Positions 20,522-30,208 of a DNA stretch of 64,000 nucleotides are shown piece after piece. The stretch's first letter is position 1. The number at the start of each line of letters is the position of its first letter. A model generated the notes under the pieces. That model ran no database searches. It saw only the letters and a program-made list of their open reading frames with translations, and was not told the DNA's origin. The DNA comes from Pseudobdellovibrionaceae bacterium (lineage in GTDB: Bacteria; Bdellovibrionota; Bdellovibrionia; Bdellovibrionales; Bdellovibrionaceae). The stretch is taken from the NCBI GenBank assembly GCA_044359815.1, contig JBIKLL010000008.1:1-64000 (forward strand), in the 5' to 3' direction. The translations under genes and the position numbers were made by a program.

Positions 20522-20866
20522 TCATAATTCAGAATTCAGGTATTTATGAAGAGCTGGAATGTCTTTTTCCAGATGAGGCATTGCCGCCATTTGTTTGGTG
20601 TTGCGCTTTGCTGTGTAACCAGACGGGTATTCGCCCTTTACAATTCTGGCTTGCAATAATTCCAGACTAGAGCCATACACGGCAGGCCCTAACGCTCCAT
20701 TAATTTTAGGATTTTGATTGTGGCAAGCCATGCAATTGGAAACGTAAGACAGCTTACCTTTGGCAATCAAATCTGATTCTGGATTTGACTGTGCAGCTGG
20801 GTCTGAGCTGCCTTTGGGATTACAGGCAGCCGCTAATATTAAAATCAAGCACAAGATTTTTTTCAT
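20522..20866 (-). CDS. Monoheme c-type cytochrome lipoprotein
   Basis: Lipobox-like LAAAC, CMACH heme motif, distal Met (MAAMP). Confidence 0.88.
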   Translation of the reverse strand: MKKILCLILILAAACNPKGSSDPAAQSNPESDLIAKGKLSYVSNCMACHNQNPKINGALGPAVYGSSLELLQARIVKGEYPSGYTAKRNTKQMAAMPHLEKDIPALHKYLNSEL

Positions 20867-20870
20867 GACC

Positions 20871-21575
20871 TTAGAGCGTGAAAGCTAAAATCAAATAAAT
20901 CACTGCCGTCAGCACAAAACCACTGGTGATAACACCTTTAACCGTTTGAATCGGACCAAGCTTGCCCTTCATTGCATTGAACTGAAGCACAGCCCAAATC
21001 AATCCTGTCAAACCAAAGGCAGCTCCTACGTTAGATTGCTCAGTAATCTGAATGGGTAAGTGTCTTGCAGCTCCCATAAAAAACAACATGGGAAGAGAAA
21101 ACATAACGTTGGTTCTTGATGCCAATAGCGCTTTTGCAGCACTGCCTGCAGCCGCTGGTAATGCAGCTCCACCCTGCGCAACCTGAGTTGCAGACTGGAT
21201 TACAACTTTCTGATTAGGCCAAATGATAAACCAAACATTGGCCCACATTGTGATTCCAAACAGAGCTCCAATCAAAATCAACACACCCCAAGATGTTGAT
21301 GTGTAAACCGCGTGTGAACCAGCTCGGTGACCATCAAGCAACAGCATTAACACTCCTGTTACAAAGGTCCACATAGCGCCCCATCTGAACCACCAAAGAG
21401 CACGAGGTAATAGTTTTGTTAAAACTCCCGCTTTAGTTTGGGCATCGGCTTCAGCCATAAATGCCCCTTGTGTGAAATTAAAATAGTACAAGTGACCAAT
21501 CCACATAATACCAAAGAAAAAGTGCAACCATCGCAGTATAAAAGACAGGCCATCCAGTCCTAATAAAGTTTCCAT
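20871..21575 (-). CDS. Membrane protein of the urate hydroxylase PuuD N-terminal family
   Basis: RWLH...MWIG.LYYFNF, WFRWGA..T, NVWFIIWPNQK, SRTN..FSLPMLFFM; multiple TM segments. Confidence 0.78.
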   Translation of the reverse strand: METLLGLDGLSFILRWLHFFFGIMWIGHLYYFNFTQGAFMAEADAQTKAGVLTKLLPRALWWFRWGAMWTFVTGVLMLLLDGHRAGSHAVYTSTSWGVLILIGALFGITMWANVWFIIWPNQKVVIQSATQVAQGGAALPAAAGSAAKALLASRTNVMFSLPMLFFMGAARHLPIQITEQSNVGAAFGLTGLIWAVLQFNAMKGKLGPIQTVKGVITSGFVLTAVIYLILAFTL

Positions 21576-21606
21576 GAAATTTCCTTTTTGAATAAGTTAA
21601 TTAGAT

Positions 21607-22233
21607 TCAATCAAATTTTAAACTGCCGTCAACAAAATGTTCGAAATCTTCCCGCATTGGGCCCACTGAATAAGGAAGCAGCAGCCGAGTTACGTACTTT
21701 TCTCCGTTAATCAAATAATCTTTTGGAGGTGATTTTTCTACGCTTTCAAAAAAATGCAAAAATGTCGATGCCGTTGAAAGCAAGATATTAACCAAAAAAT
21801 CAATTTCTTCTTTGTCCTCGATAGGCACCATCCAGCCGTTTTTCCACCACCTCTTGTAGGTCAAGGTCATTAATCGCAAAATTTTATCAATATGAGCCTT
21901 CCACATTGCATTTAAAACTGTGTCCTTGCGTCGCAGATAGTACATTTCACGGTGAAAAAATCTGTAGTTCCAATACACTTCAAAATTCTCGATGATCACT
22001 TTGATTGGGTGCTTCAAACGCTTGCCAGGTGTGGTTTTCCAGTGGAGATAGGTTTCTTGACACATTTCTTTAAAAATATGTCTGATGATCTCTTCTTTGT
22101 TCGCAAAATGAAAGTAAAGATTACCAGGACTTATGCCCATTGCTTTTGCAACATGATTCGTCGTCATAGCGACTACGCCGTTTTTATTGAACAAATCTGT
22201 TGAAACCACCAAAATTTTTTCTTTTGTCTTCAT
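21607..22233 (-). CDS. TetR/AcrR family regulator
   Basis: TTNHVAKAMGISPGNLYFHFANKEEI helix-turn-helix. Confidence 0.92.
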   Translation of the reverse strand: MKTKEKILVVSTDLFNKNGVVAMTTNHVAKAMGISPGNLYFHFANKEEIIRHIFKEMCQETYLHWKTTPGKRLKHPIKVIIENFEVYWNYRFFHREMYYLRRKDTVLNAMWKAHIDKILRLMTLTYKRWWKNGWMVPIEDKEEIDFLVNILLSTASTFLHFFESVEKSPPKDYLINGEKYVTRLLLPYSVGPMREDFEHFVDGSLKFD

Positions 22234-22254
22234 TTATAAAATTCCTACGATTTA

Positions 22255-23604
22255 ATGGTTGAAAAAATAACTGAAATTTCCTGTAATAGATATATGCGCA
22301 TAATCTCAAAACCCTGGTTAAGGCTTAGCCTTGGCCTTTTTTTTCTGTCAGCCTCAGCTTTGCTGTTTTTATGGGCGATATCTGGAGGGGAAGCTGACAA
22401 TGATTCATCAAAAATTGTCAAAATCTCGGAACTCAGACATTCGCTATCAACTCAATTAAGCAATTATTTTCTGAAAAATCAATTTCCAGTTGAAGCCGAA
22501 ATCGAGCTGGACGGTGCAAAACAGGTTTCAAATTTAATTTATACCATCGATCCTGGCCTGCAAACTCGAGCCGAAAAATTAATTAAATCATATAAACCTG
22601 ATTATGCTGCTGTCGTCATTTTGAATGCTGATACGGGTGCGGTCAAAGCGATGGTCAGTTATCAGAAAGACAATCCTGAACCACAAAATTGGGCCTTGAA
22701 TAATTCTTTCCCTGCCGCATCGATTTTTAAAATAGTCACAGCCACTGCGGCTTTGGAAAAAGGAAATCTGGATCCTGATTCGATCATCATGTTTAACGGC
22801 AATAACCACACACTGTATAAAAAAAATGTGATGTCGACCAAGGTCAACAGATGGACTCGTGAAATGACAATCAAAGAAGCATTCGCAAAATCTGTAAACA
22901 CAGTGTTTGGCAGAATTTCTTTGGAAAAAATAGATCCTACAGATATCCGCGAATACGCCATCAGATTTGGATTTAATCGAAACATAGATTCAGATTTGCC
23001 TTTTGATCCAGGCTTTGCAGAAATTCCCGACGACAAATCTTACCATTTAACTGAGTTAGCCTCTGGGTTTAATAAAGTCACTAAAATGAGTCCAATTCAA
23101 GGTGCAATGATAGCCGCCAGCGTAGCTAACGATGGAATCATGAAAGTTCCTTACGTTATTGACAGCATCACATCAAAAGAAGGCAAAATACTGTACGCTA
23201 GCGAAAATGTAACTGCAGCAATAACTATGAACAAAGAAGGCGCAGAGAAACTGAAGGAATTAATGTCAGCCACTGTGCACAAGGGGACTTCGCGCAAGTC
23301 ATTCATACCTTTTTTACGAGACAAGAAAGTCAAAGAAATTGAAGTGGGCGGCAAAACAGGTTCAATCACAGGCAATGATCCCAAAGGAAAGATAGATTGG
23401 TTTGTTGGTTATGCGATTTCTGACAGAGAAAAACTGGCCATAGCAGCGATTACTGTAAATGTAAAATATTGGACGGTTAAATCTTCCTATGTGGCTCAAC
23501 ATTTATTCAAATCATACTTTAAAGAAAACTATCCAAACACAAAAGAATTTGCCAGCAGAGATCGAGCAAAAAAATCACCCGCAAGTGAAACTCAGCCAAA
23601 ATGA
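22255..23604 (+). CDS. Penicillin-binding protein, transpeptidase domain
   Basis: N-terminal TM; SIFK (SxxK), SVN (SxN), KTG. Confidence 0.9.
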   Translation: MVEKITEISCNRYMRIISKPWLRLSLGLFFLSASALLFLWAISGGEADNDSSKIVKISELRHSLSTQLSNYFLKNQFPVEAEIELDGAKQVSNLIYTIDPGLQTRAEKLIKSYKPDYAAVVILNADTGAVKAMVSYQKDNPEPQNWALNNSFPAASIFKIVTATAALEKGNLDPDSIIMFNGNNHTLYKKNVMSTKVNRWTREMTIKEAFAKSVNTVFGRISLEKIDPTDIREYAIRFGFNRNIDSDLPFDPGFAEIPDDKSYHLTELASGFNKVTKMSPIQGAMIAASVANDGIMKVPYVIDSITSKEGKILYASENVTAAITMNKEGAEKLKELMSATVHKGTSRKSFIPFLRDKKVKEIEVGGKTGSITGNDPKGKIDWFVGYAISDREKLAIAAITVNVKYWTVKSSYVAQHLFKSYFKENYPNTKEFASRDRAKKSPASETQPK

Positions 23605-24134
23605 AATTGAGCTTTTCAAACTATCGAAAAAAAGTTTCTAAAATTCTGACAATCAATCAGCCTATAATTTTTTTGTTTGTCTTATTTTTCACAACAGTAA
23701 ACCCAGTAAAAACCTCAGGTTCCACAGATCCAAGCTGCCCCAATATTTCCGGAGTCTATCAAGAATCTTTCGCTACTTTTAAAAAAATCATCCAATCAGA
23801 CTGTGTCACATTAAAATACCAGTTTGGAATTCCAATCCCAACCAGTGGCATAAAATGGCTGGAACCCGCAATCGAACTTTATTTAGATGGAAGAACCAAA
23901 TGCCAATCGGGGACTTGCTATACTGGCAAAGCCTATCCTGACAGATTGCATTTTACTTTGGACGTTCCTGGCAGTGTGAAAACCGCTGAACACAAACGTT
24001 GCCAGTTTGTCGAACAGGATTATTTGAACCCAACTGCAGATTCTATTACCAGAATCATTCAAGCGACTTCATGTGATGATGGCTACAAAGGCCCTGTCAA
24101 AATCGTAATGAAAAAGCAAACAGAACCTAAATAA
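23601..24134 (+). CDS. Hypothetical Cys-containing exported protein
   Basis: ATGA overlap with the PBP gene, hydrophobic segment, 6 Cys. Confidence 0.6.
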   Translation: MKLSFSNYRKKVSKILTINQPIIFLFVLFFTTVNPVKTSGSTDPSCPNISGVYQESFATFKKIIQSDCVTLKYQFGIPIPTSGIKWLEPAIELYLDGRTKCQSGTCYTGKAYPDRLHFTLDVPGSVKTAEHKRCQFVEQDYLNPTADSITRIIQATSCDDGYKGPVKIVMKKQTEPK

Positions 24135-24867
24135 GGCGGCTTTTGTTGTATTCGGAAATTTTCCGTGAAATCTGCGCTGAAACATTAGCAAACAATTCGG
24201 CTTCTTTCTGAGTCGGCATTGATTCCAGAAAACATTTCCTCAATACCGAATACGCATTGATGCTTTTGTTATCGATGGAAAAACCTAAATTTCTTATCAG
24301 GCTGGAAAGATTGCGATCAGCCAAATCTATAGTTTGATTGTCAGCCAATTTTTCTGATCGGTAACCATCAGGAATATTGCATTCAGTTTCCAGCATGTCA
24401 TTCAGAGTATACAGTGACAACAAAACAGCCTGCGAAACATTTAAACTTTGGATGGGCCCGTAGGTTGGGATAAATCCAGCAAAATGGCATTGATCCAAAT
24501 CCTCATTGGTCAGCCCTGCGTCCTCTGGTCCAAAAACTAAGTAAATATTTTCCGGAACAGTCATTTGCAAAATTCTTTTCGCAACTTCCTTTATTGGCAA
24601 AATCAATCGGCCCTTTCCACCACGAGCCGTCGTTGCAATCCATAAACCCTCTGCGGTGAACTTTTTCAGCTCTTCCCAGCTTTGGTATCTGTGAAGCTGA
24701 TCCAAAAACATTTGCCCATTGGCTGCGGCCTGATAGGCCTTGGTTCCAATTGTTAATTTTGAATCGACTAAAATTAAATTCTTGGCACCCATATTGGCAC
24801 AGGCTCTTGCCGCTGAACCCACATTTTGTTCATACAATGTTCTGATTAAGACGACATGTATCTGCAT
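24127..24867 (-). CDS. SPOUT RNA methyltransferase, TrmJ/LasT family
   Basis: NVGSAARACANMG, LVFGPEDAGL, SLNVSQA. Confidence 0.9.
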   Translation of the reverse strand: MQIHVVLIRTLYEQNVGSAARACANMGAKNLILVDSKLTIGTKAYQAAANGQMFLDQLHRYQSWEELKKFTAEGLWIATTARGGKGRLILPIKEVAKRILQMTVPENIYLVFGPEDAGLTNEDLDQCHFAGFIPTYGPIQSLNVSQAVLLSLYTLNDMLETECNIPDGYRSEKLADNQTIDLADRNLSSLIRNLGFSIDNKSINAYSVLRKCFLESMPTQKEAELFANVSAQISRKISEYNKSRLI

Positions 24868-25844
24868 GACTCACCTTCCAGATAATTTTGCACATAATCC
24901 TGAATCGCAAGCTCCAAGGGCCATTCGGGTTTCGAAATTCCAGCCGAGAACAATTTGGTCATTTTTGCCTCTGTAAAATACTGATACTGGTCTTTTAGTT
25001 CGCTGGGCATATCGATGTACTGAATATTATCTTTTAGCTTCATTGAATTAAAAACTCCCTGAGCTAAATCTTTCCAAGTTCGAGCTTTGCCAAAACCCAT
25101 ATTATAAATTCCGCTCTCAGGTTTTTTAATGGCAATCTCAATCATCCACCTTGTGATATCCTTCACATACACAAAATCTCGCATTTGCCCGCCGTCTGAA
25201 TACTGTGATTTATAAGACTTAAACAGCTGAACCTTTCCAGTTTTTTTGATTTGATTAAAGGATTTAAAAATCACACTGCTCATTGAACCTTTGTGATATT
25301 CATTAGGTCCAAACACATTAAAAAACTTTAGCCCGTACCAATTTTTGGGTCTGGCCTGCTGAGTCTTGACCCATCTGTCGACGGCAACTTTTGATTCGCC
25401 GTAAAGATTTAATGGTTTTAATAGCTCACTATCTGTCGAATCATCATAACCCTTTTCACCAGCTCCGTAGGTAGCTCCACTGCTGGCATAAATCAGTCCC
25501 TTGTTATTTTGGGCACACCAATTAAACAGCTTCTGTGTGTACAGAGTGTTTAGATCCCACAGCAAAGATTTATTTGTTTCAGTAGTGCTGGAATTCGCTC
25601 CCATGTGAAAAACCCACGAAACTGAATCTTTGCGCTGATCCAGTAAATCCCAAAGCTGATCGTGTTTGATAAATTTTGTGACCTTCAATGCGGCCAAAGG
25701 AAAATCTCGAACTTCGGGACCCACCAGATCCACAGCAATAATTTCTGAATCATTAAAGGTTTTGTTCTTCGTCAGATCCGCAACTAAGCAGCTGCCAATA
25801 AAACCGTTTGCGCCCGTGACTATGATGGTGGATTTAGATTGCAA
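24846..25844 (-). CDS. hldD: ADP-L-glycero-D-manno-heptose 6-epimerase
   Basis: TGANGFIGS, HMGANSSTTE, YASSGATYG, PLNLYGESK, RDFVYV, YQYFTEA. Confidence 0.93.
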   Translation of the reverse strand: MQSKSTIIVTGANGFIGSCLVADLTKNKTFNDSEIIAVDLVGPEVRDFPLAALKVTKFIKHDQLWDLLDQRKDSVSWVFHMGANSSTTETNKSLLWDLNTLYTQKLFNWCAQNNKGLIYASSGATYGAGEKGYDDSTDSELLKPLNLYGESKVAVDRWVKTQQARPKNWYGLKFFNVFGPNEYHKGSMSSVIFKSFNQIKKTGKVQLFKSYKSQYSDGGQMRDFVYVKDITRWMIEIAIKKPESGIYNMGFGKARTWKDLAQGVFNSMKLKDNIQYIDMPSELKDQYQYFTEAKMTKLFSAGISKPEWPLELAIQDYVQNYLEGESCRYMSS

Positions 25845-25974
25845 AGCGACCCCCTAAAGAAATTCAATATAACAATCAAACCTAAAAACCAACAGTCTTG
25901 CTGTGTAGCCTTTGAACACTACTGCATTTTTTATAAAAAAACCTCATTTTTACGCATAATTTCAATGGGTTATG

Positions 25975-25991
25975 TGGGTATGCGCCTTGCT
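25975..25991 (+). promoter_or_regulatory. Putative sigma54 promoter of the S41 protease gene
   Basis: TGGGTATGCGCCTTGCT, with GG(25977)-N10-GC(25989), ~26 nt before the ATG. Confidence 0.5.
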
Positions 25992-26016
25992 AAGATAATC
26001 CCATCAAGGGAGCCCC

Positions 26017-27573
26017 ATGAAGCCTTCAAAACATCTTTTAATTTCTGCACTGCTGGTTACATTGGCTTTACCCTATTTCTTTTTAAAGAAATCTCCTACC
26101 GACAGAAAATCCAACGACAGATACTGGGCAGAGGCCGGTTTGCTGTTAACTGATGTTCAAGACTTGATTTCAAATGGAAACTGCCTGCAATCTGAAAAAC
26201 ATTATTTATCTTGCGCCAATGCTGTGAACGCCATCGCCGAGAAAAAAGATTCTCTGGTAACCGAAGACGGCGTGATCCGATTGATGAACGAGGCTGACAT
26301 TGCAAACAGATTGACCGAAAGATCCAAGCTTCAAGTCTGGAAACAAGCATTCAACGATAAAAAATTAATTTCCTTTGAAGATGTGTTTCAAAGACTGCTG
26401 GAAAATAAAATGCTGTCAGGTCGAGATTCGATAGCCATCGCTTCTGGCATCAATGCTTACCTGTCAGTGTTTCGTGATCCACACACTTACATCATTCCTT
26501 TAGCCTTGTATGAAGAAGTCATCAGTGCCAATGAAAGCAAGCATCCCACCATGGGAATTCTGTTCAGACGGGATCCAGATGCATTGTTTGTCAAAAAAGT
26601 TTTCGAAGGCTCCAGTGCCGCAATCGCTGGATTAAAAAAAGCTGACCGAATCACCGAAATAAATTCTAAGCCCGTCAGTACTTTATTGCCATCCAAAATC
26701 AATGACATCATCAGAATGAAAAACAGCGACAGGATGTTTTTGACCATTGCTCGAGCAGATCAAAAAATCAAAATTGAAGTTCGAAAAACTGACAGGATTT
26801 TCCCAAGCGTGCGTTCAAAAACCTTGAACCGTTCAAACCGAGTTGTGGGCTTAATTACAGTTAATAAATTTTCAAAAGGTGTTTGTACTGAAATGCGATC
26901 TCAGATCACCGATTTGCAACAGCAAAACATAGCTGGATTGATGCTGGATCTGCGTGACAATCCGGGGGGACAAGTCGATGAAGCAGCCTGTGTTATTAAT
27001 CTGTTTGTTAAAAAAGGCAGGCTGTTATTTGAAACCAGATACCTCGATGAAGACCGTTTTCCGGATAAATATTTTTCAGATCGCAAACCTGTTTATCAAG
27101 GCCCCTTGGCCGTTTTAATCAACAGTGGTTCTGCTTCAGCATCTGAAATCGTAGCGGGATCCCTGAGGGACAATCAACGGGCCACATTGATCGGCGAACG
27201 CACTTTTGGCAAAGGGACTTTTCAAGATGGCAGAATCTGGAAGGCCAATCCCAAAATAGCTATTTTTGAAACCGGTGGTTTTTATTATTTCCCATCTGGA
27301 TGGACACCACAATTGCTGGGGATTGAGCCTGATATTTCAGTTACCTTTACCAACACCGAATCACTGCGCGAAGAAGACCAATACCTGTACCCTGTAATTC
27401 CTATCGACATAGCTTACAAGCCAACTAACATTAGCTGGCTGATCAGCAAAAATTGCACAGCGGACATTGATTTTACCTCAGACTCTAGTTTAAGCATTGA
27501 CGACCCTCAGATAAACCAAGCCCACGACTGGCTACAATGCGGAGACGGCAATGTTCGAAACGGTTCACTTTGA
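26017..27573 (+). CDS. S41 carboxy-terminal processing protease with PDZ domain
   Basis: DPHTY, PDZ (SAAIAGL), LDLRDNPGG, SASASEI, TFGKG, GIEPD. Confidence 0.92.
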   Translation: MKPSKHLLISALLVTLALPYFFLKKSPTDRKSNDRYWAEAGLLLTDVQDLISNGNCLQSEKHYLSCANAVNAIAEKKDSLVTEDGVIRLMNEADIANRLTERSKLQVWKQAFNDKKLISFEDVFQRLLENKMLSGRDSIAIASGINAYLSVFRDPHTYIIPLALYEEVISANESKHPTMGILFRRDPDALFVKKVFEGSSAAIAGLKKADRITEINSKPVSTLLPSKINDIIRMKNSDRMFLTIARADQKIKIEVRKTDRIFPSVRSKTLNRSNRVVGLITVNKFSKGVCTEMRSQITDLQQQNIAGLMLDLRDNPGGQVDEAACVINLFVKKGRLLFETRYLDEDRFPDKYFSDRKPVYQGPLAVLINSGSASASEIVAGSLRDNQRATLIGERTFGKGTFQDGRIWKANPKIAIFETGGFYYFPSGWTPQLLGIEPDISVTFTNTESLREEDQYLYPVIPIDIAYKPTNISWLISKNCTADIDFTSDSSLSIDDPQINQAHDWLQCGDGNVRNGSL

Positions 27574-28195
27574 TTGGGAATTTATCCCAGCACAAAAAAA
27601 ATCGCCTTATTTAATGATTGTCTTGCACGGCAAAGGTGACTCATTAAGACCATTCAGAAATTTTGATGAAGAGCTAGAAATCAAAAATCTTAATTTTTTG
27701 CTGCTGAATGCTCCTAAAAAATATCTGAAGGGCTACAGCTGGTATGGCGACCCCCCCTATCAAACCAAAGGTGTTAAAAAAATCCGTGAAAAATTGTTGG
27801 ATGTTTTAAAATCTTTAGAATCACTTGGATGGGACAGCAGAAAGATTTTTATATTTGGGTTTTCACAAGGCTGTCTGGTTGGTGCGGATTTAGCATTAAA
27901 TTATGATAAGCCCTTTGCTGGTGTCATTGGGGTATCAGGCTATTTTCAGTTTTTTCCAAAATGGCGGGGCAAACTGAAAGACAATATCAAAACTCCTTGG
28001 CTGCTGACTCACGGTAAAAAAGATGACGTGTTGCCTTTTGGTAAAACAAAAAAAGGTGCACGCACATTAAAACAAGCTGGCTTCAAAATCGATTTTGTCG
28101 AATCAAACAAAAAGCATATTTTTGATGATGAGGAATACCCGCTGATTAAAAACTGGGTTTCAAATGTCATGGCTGAATTCAGCCACAAGCTCTAA
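27551..28195 (+). CDS. Alpha/beta hydrolase (phospholipase/carboxylesterase)
   Basis: LHGKGD, GFSQG, HGKKDDV, catalytic His. Confidence 0.88.
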   Translation: MFETVHFDWEFIPAQKKSPYLMIVLHGKGDSLRPFRNFDEELEIKNLNFLLLNAPKKYLKGYSWYGDPPYQTKGVKKIREKLLDVLKSLESLGWDSRKIFIFGFSQGCLVGADLALNYDKPFAGVIGVSGYFQFFPKWRGKLKDNIKTPWLLTHGKKDDVLPFGKTKKGARTLKQAGFKIDFVESNKKHIFDDEEYPLIKNWVSNVMAEFSHKL

Positions 28196-30004
28196 CAATT
28201 TTGAATACAGTTCGGGTCTGATGATTTCTCGGGGTTGGAATTTATATCCTCGCAGGTCCACTTCAGGCAGTCCGATGTATGAAAATACCAGTTGATCGAT
28301 GAGCTTTTGAACCTCTGATGGCTTCATGCCCTTTTTACGTTGTTCCAAAATTTCATCTACAATCTGAATTAGAGCATTTCCTGTGATTCTGTCCTCGCGA
28401 TTCAACAGCAATGACCTTTGGCAAATGCCTTCTAAGACTGCGGATGATTTTGCACGTAGGTGACATTTTTCAATAAGTTTCAAATAATGTTTTTGAAATC
28501 GCTCAATGTGTCTGCGAAATTTGCGCTTAAGTTTAAAATCTTTGGATTTTGCAAAGCTAGAAATTCCAGTTTTAAAAAACTCATCAGCGGTCATCAGTTT
28601 GCCATGCTTTTTTAAGTATTGTGGCAGCTCTTTGAATAAGGCTCTCATGTTAAACAATGCCGGGTGATTGATGCCGTCAGCTACTTTCTTGGTTCTTCCA
28701 CTGATTTTTGCTGACTCTAAGAAAGTAAACTCTTTATCGAACGCTTGAAACAAAAAAGGATTTTCCATTATCTGTTCCCTTTGGAGCTCATTGAATCCCA
28801 TTCGGTACAAAATCCGATCGGCACGGCACAATTCAAAACGCGCCGTAAAAGCCTTCACGGTGTCGTGATTCAGAAATCGCTTTAAAGGCTTCTTTTTACC
28901 CGTCACAATGTAATCACTGATTTGCACGAAAGTTTGCACCAATAATTTTGCTTTGTGTTTTTGTTCACCTAAAGTCGTCGAGAATCTTTCGATGTCATCA
29001 TATCTGTATTTATCATGTCTGATCCCAAATTGTCTGACGCTGCCATAGTCAATGATTCCACCAGTGGTCAGCACATTGTCTCCATCCCAATCCAGCCATG
29101 CAAAAATATAATCCACGTCAAGCTTTGCCATAAACTCAGCAAAGTCCATTGATACTTGATTCGATAATTGATCATACTGGTTTTTGAATTTAGATTGGTC
29201 TTTCCACTGACCATTTTGCTTTTGCCGCTGAATAAAATAATCTATCGAAGCCTTCAAATCAGCCAATCTGTTTTGCCTCAGATACATAAACGAATGCGCA
29301 GGCCTGAGCAGATTCTGCCCAGCACGCACGCCGATTCCATAGCCCTTACCCGTGTCAATCACACACAAAACACGCTCGGTGCCAATACCTTGAAGGTGAA
29401 TAATTTCCGCTAAAATGGCTGCTCCTAAAAGCTCGTCCATTTCGGCTTGTCCGCAGCCATAGCTGAATTCGCCCCCACCCGTCTTAAGCGGCTTGCTGGC
29501 AGCCACCGAACCTGGAGCCAAACAGGTAACTCCGGTTCCCCTGGAGCTTATATCCCAAACCTTGCCCTTGCCTAAAAAGACTCCGTTCCAAATACCACGG
29601 CCATCCCCTGAAGTTCTGCCAGCTTTGTCTTTGTGCTGTAGCTGCAGGTATCTGGTAGCCATGTATTTATTTTTCTTGAGAGTGGTGGAATCAAACTTTC
29701 TGTGAGTCAATACATCGTATTCATTGATAATTTGCAGACAGAAAGATTCTAAAAGCTTTCTTTCTAACTGGGGATTGAGGGCCTCAGGATGGCTTGCCGA
29801 GATAATCCCCATCTCCTTGGCTAATGGGAAATTGAAATAAACTACATGACCGCCACTTAATGTTCTGACCGGGTATTCAACAAAGCCCTCGGGTATACAG
29901 TTTTTAAACGGATGGTTGCCATCAAGCTGATCAAAGCCTGTGTATTCAAAGTCGTGAAAGGACTTTTGATTTTCCTTTATTCTTCTGGCGGTTCGAACTC
30001 CCAT
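28160..30004 (-). CDS. Divergent SelO/YdiU-like pseudokinase (putative AMPylase)
   Basis: SGDGRG, WDISSRGTG, E..H..GI.T.R.L, DGDNV, IIDYG in SelO order. Confidence 0.7.
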   Translation of the reverse strand: MGVRTARRIKENQKSFHDFEYTGFDQLDGNHPFKNCIPEGFVEYPVRTLSGGHVVYFNFPLAKEMGIISASHPEALNPQLERKLLESFCLQIINEYDVLTHRKFDSTTLKKNKYMATRYLQLQHKDKAGRTSGDGRGIWNGVFLGKGKVWDISSRGTGVTCLAPGSVAASKPLKTGGGEFSYGCGQAEMDELLGAAILAEIIHLQGIGTERVLCVIDTGKGYGIGVRAGQNLLRPAHSFMYLRQNRLADLKASIDYFIQRQKQNGQWKDQSKFKNQYDQLSNQVSMDFAEFMAKLDVDYIFAWLDWDGDNVLTTGGIIDYGSVRQFGIRHDKYRYDDIERFSTTLGEQKHKAKLLVQTFVQISDYIVTGKKKPLKRFLNHDTVKAFTARFELCRADRILYRMGFNELQREQIMENPFLFQAFDKEFTFLESAKISGRTKKVADGINHPALFNMRALFKELPQYLKKHGKLMTADEFFKTGISSFAKSKDFKLKRKFRRHIERFQKHYLKLIEKCHLRAKSSAVLEGICQRSLLLNREDRITGNALIQIVDEILEQRKKGMKPSEVQKLIDQLVFSYIGLPEVDLRGYKFQPREIIRPELYSKLLELVAEFSHDI

Positions 30005-30029
30005 TGATCTTTAACTTCCTCAGGTTTAA

Positions 30030-30056
30030 TTGTCGGCCCGAACTGGGCTTTTCTTA
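30030..30056 (-). promoter_or_regulatory. Putative sigma28 (FliA) promoter
   Basis: Minus strand TAAG-N15-GCCGACAA, ~25 nt upstream of the ATG, followed by a GAGG SD. Confidence 0.65.
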
Positions 30057-30208
30057 AACCAAATCGACACAGTTCTGGACTTTCGACCTATCATTTTTCG
30101 CAGAAATAATTTCAGATTTTTACAGGGCCGGTGACTTTTTTTGGTTTCTATGCAAAAAGCATCTCAACTATTTCCGAACTTTCCATTAAATTTTGGGGGA
30201 ACTATCTA

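Noticed and set aside
20871..21575. Purine/urate degradation cluster
   Set aside because: No HIU hydrolase, OHCU decarboxylase, allantoinase or xanthine dehydrogenase genes were seen in the window.
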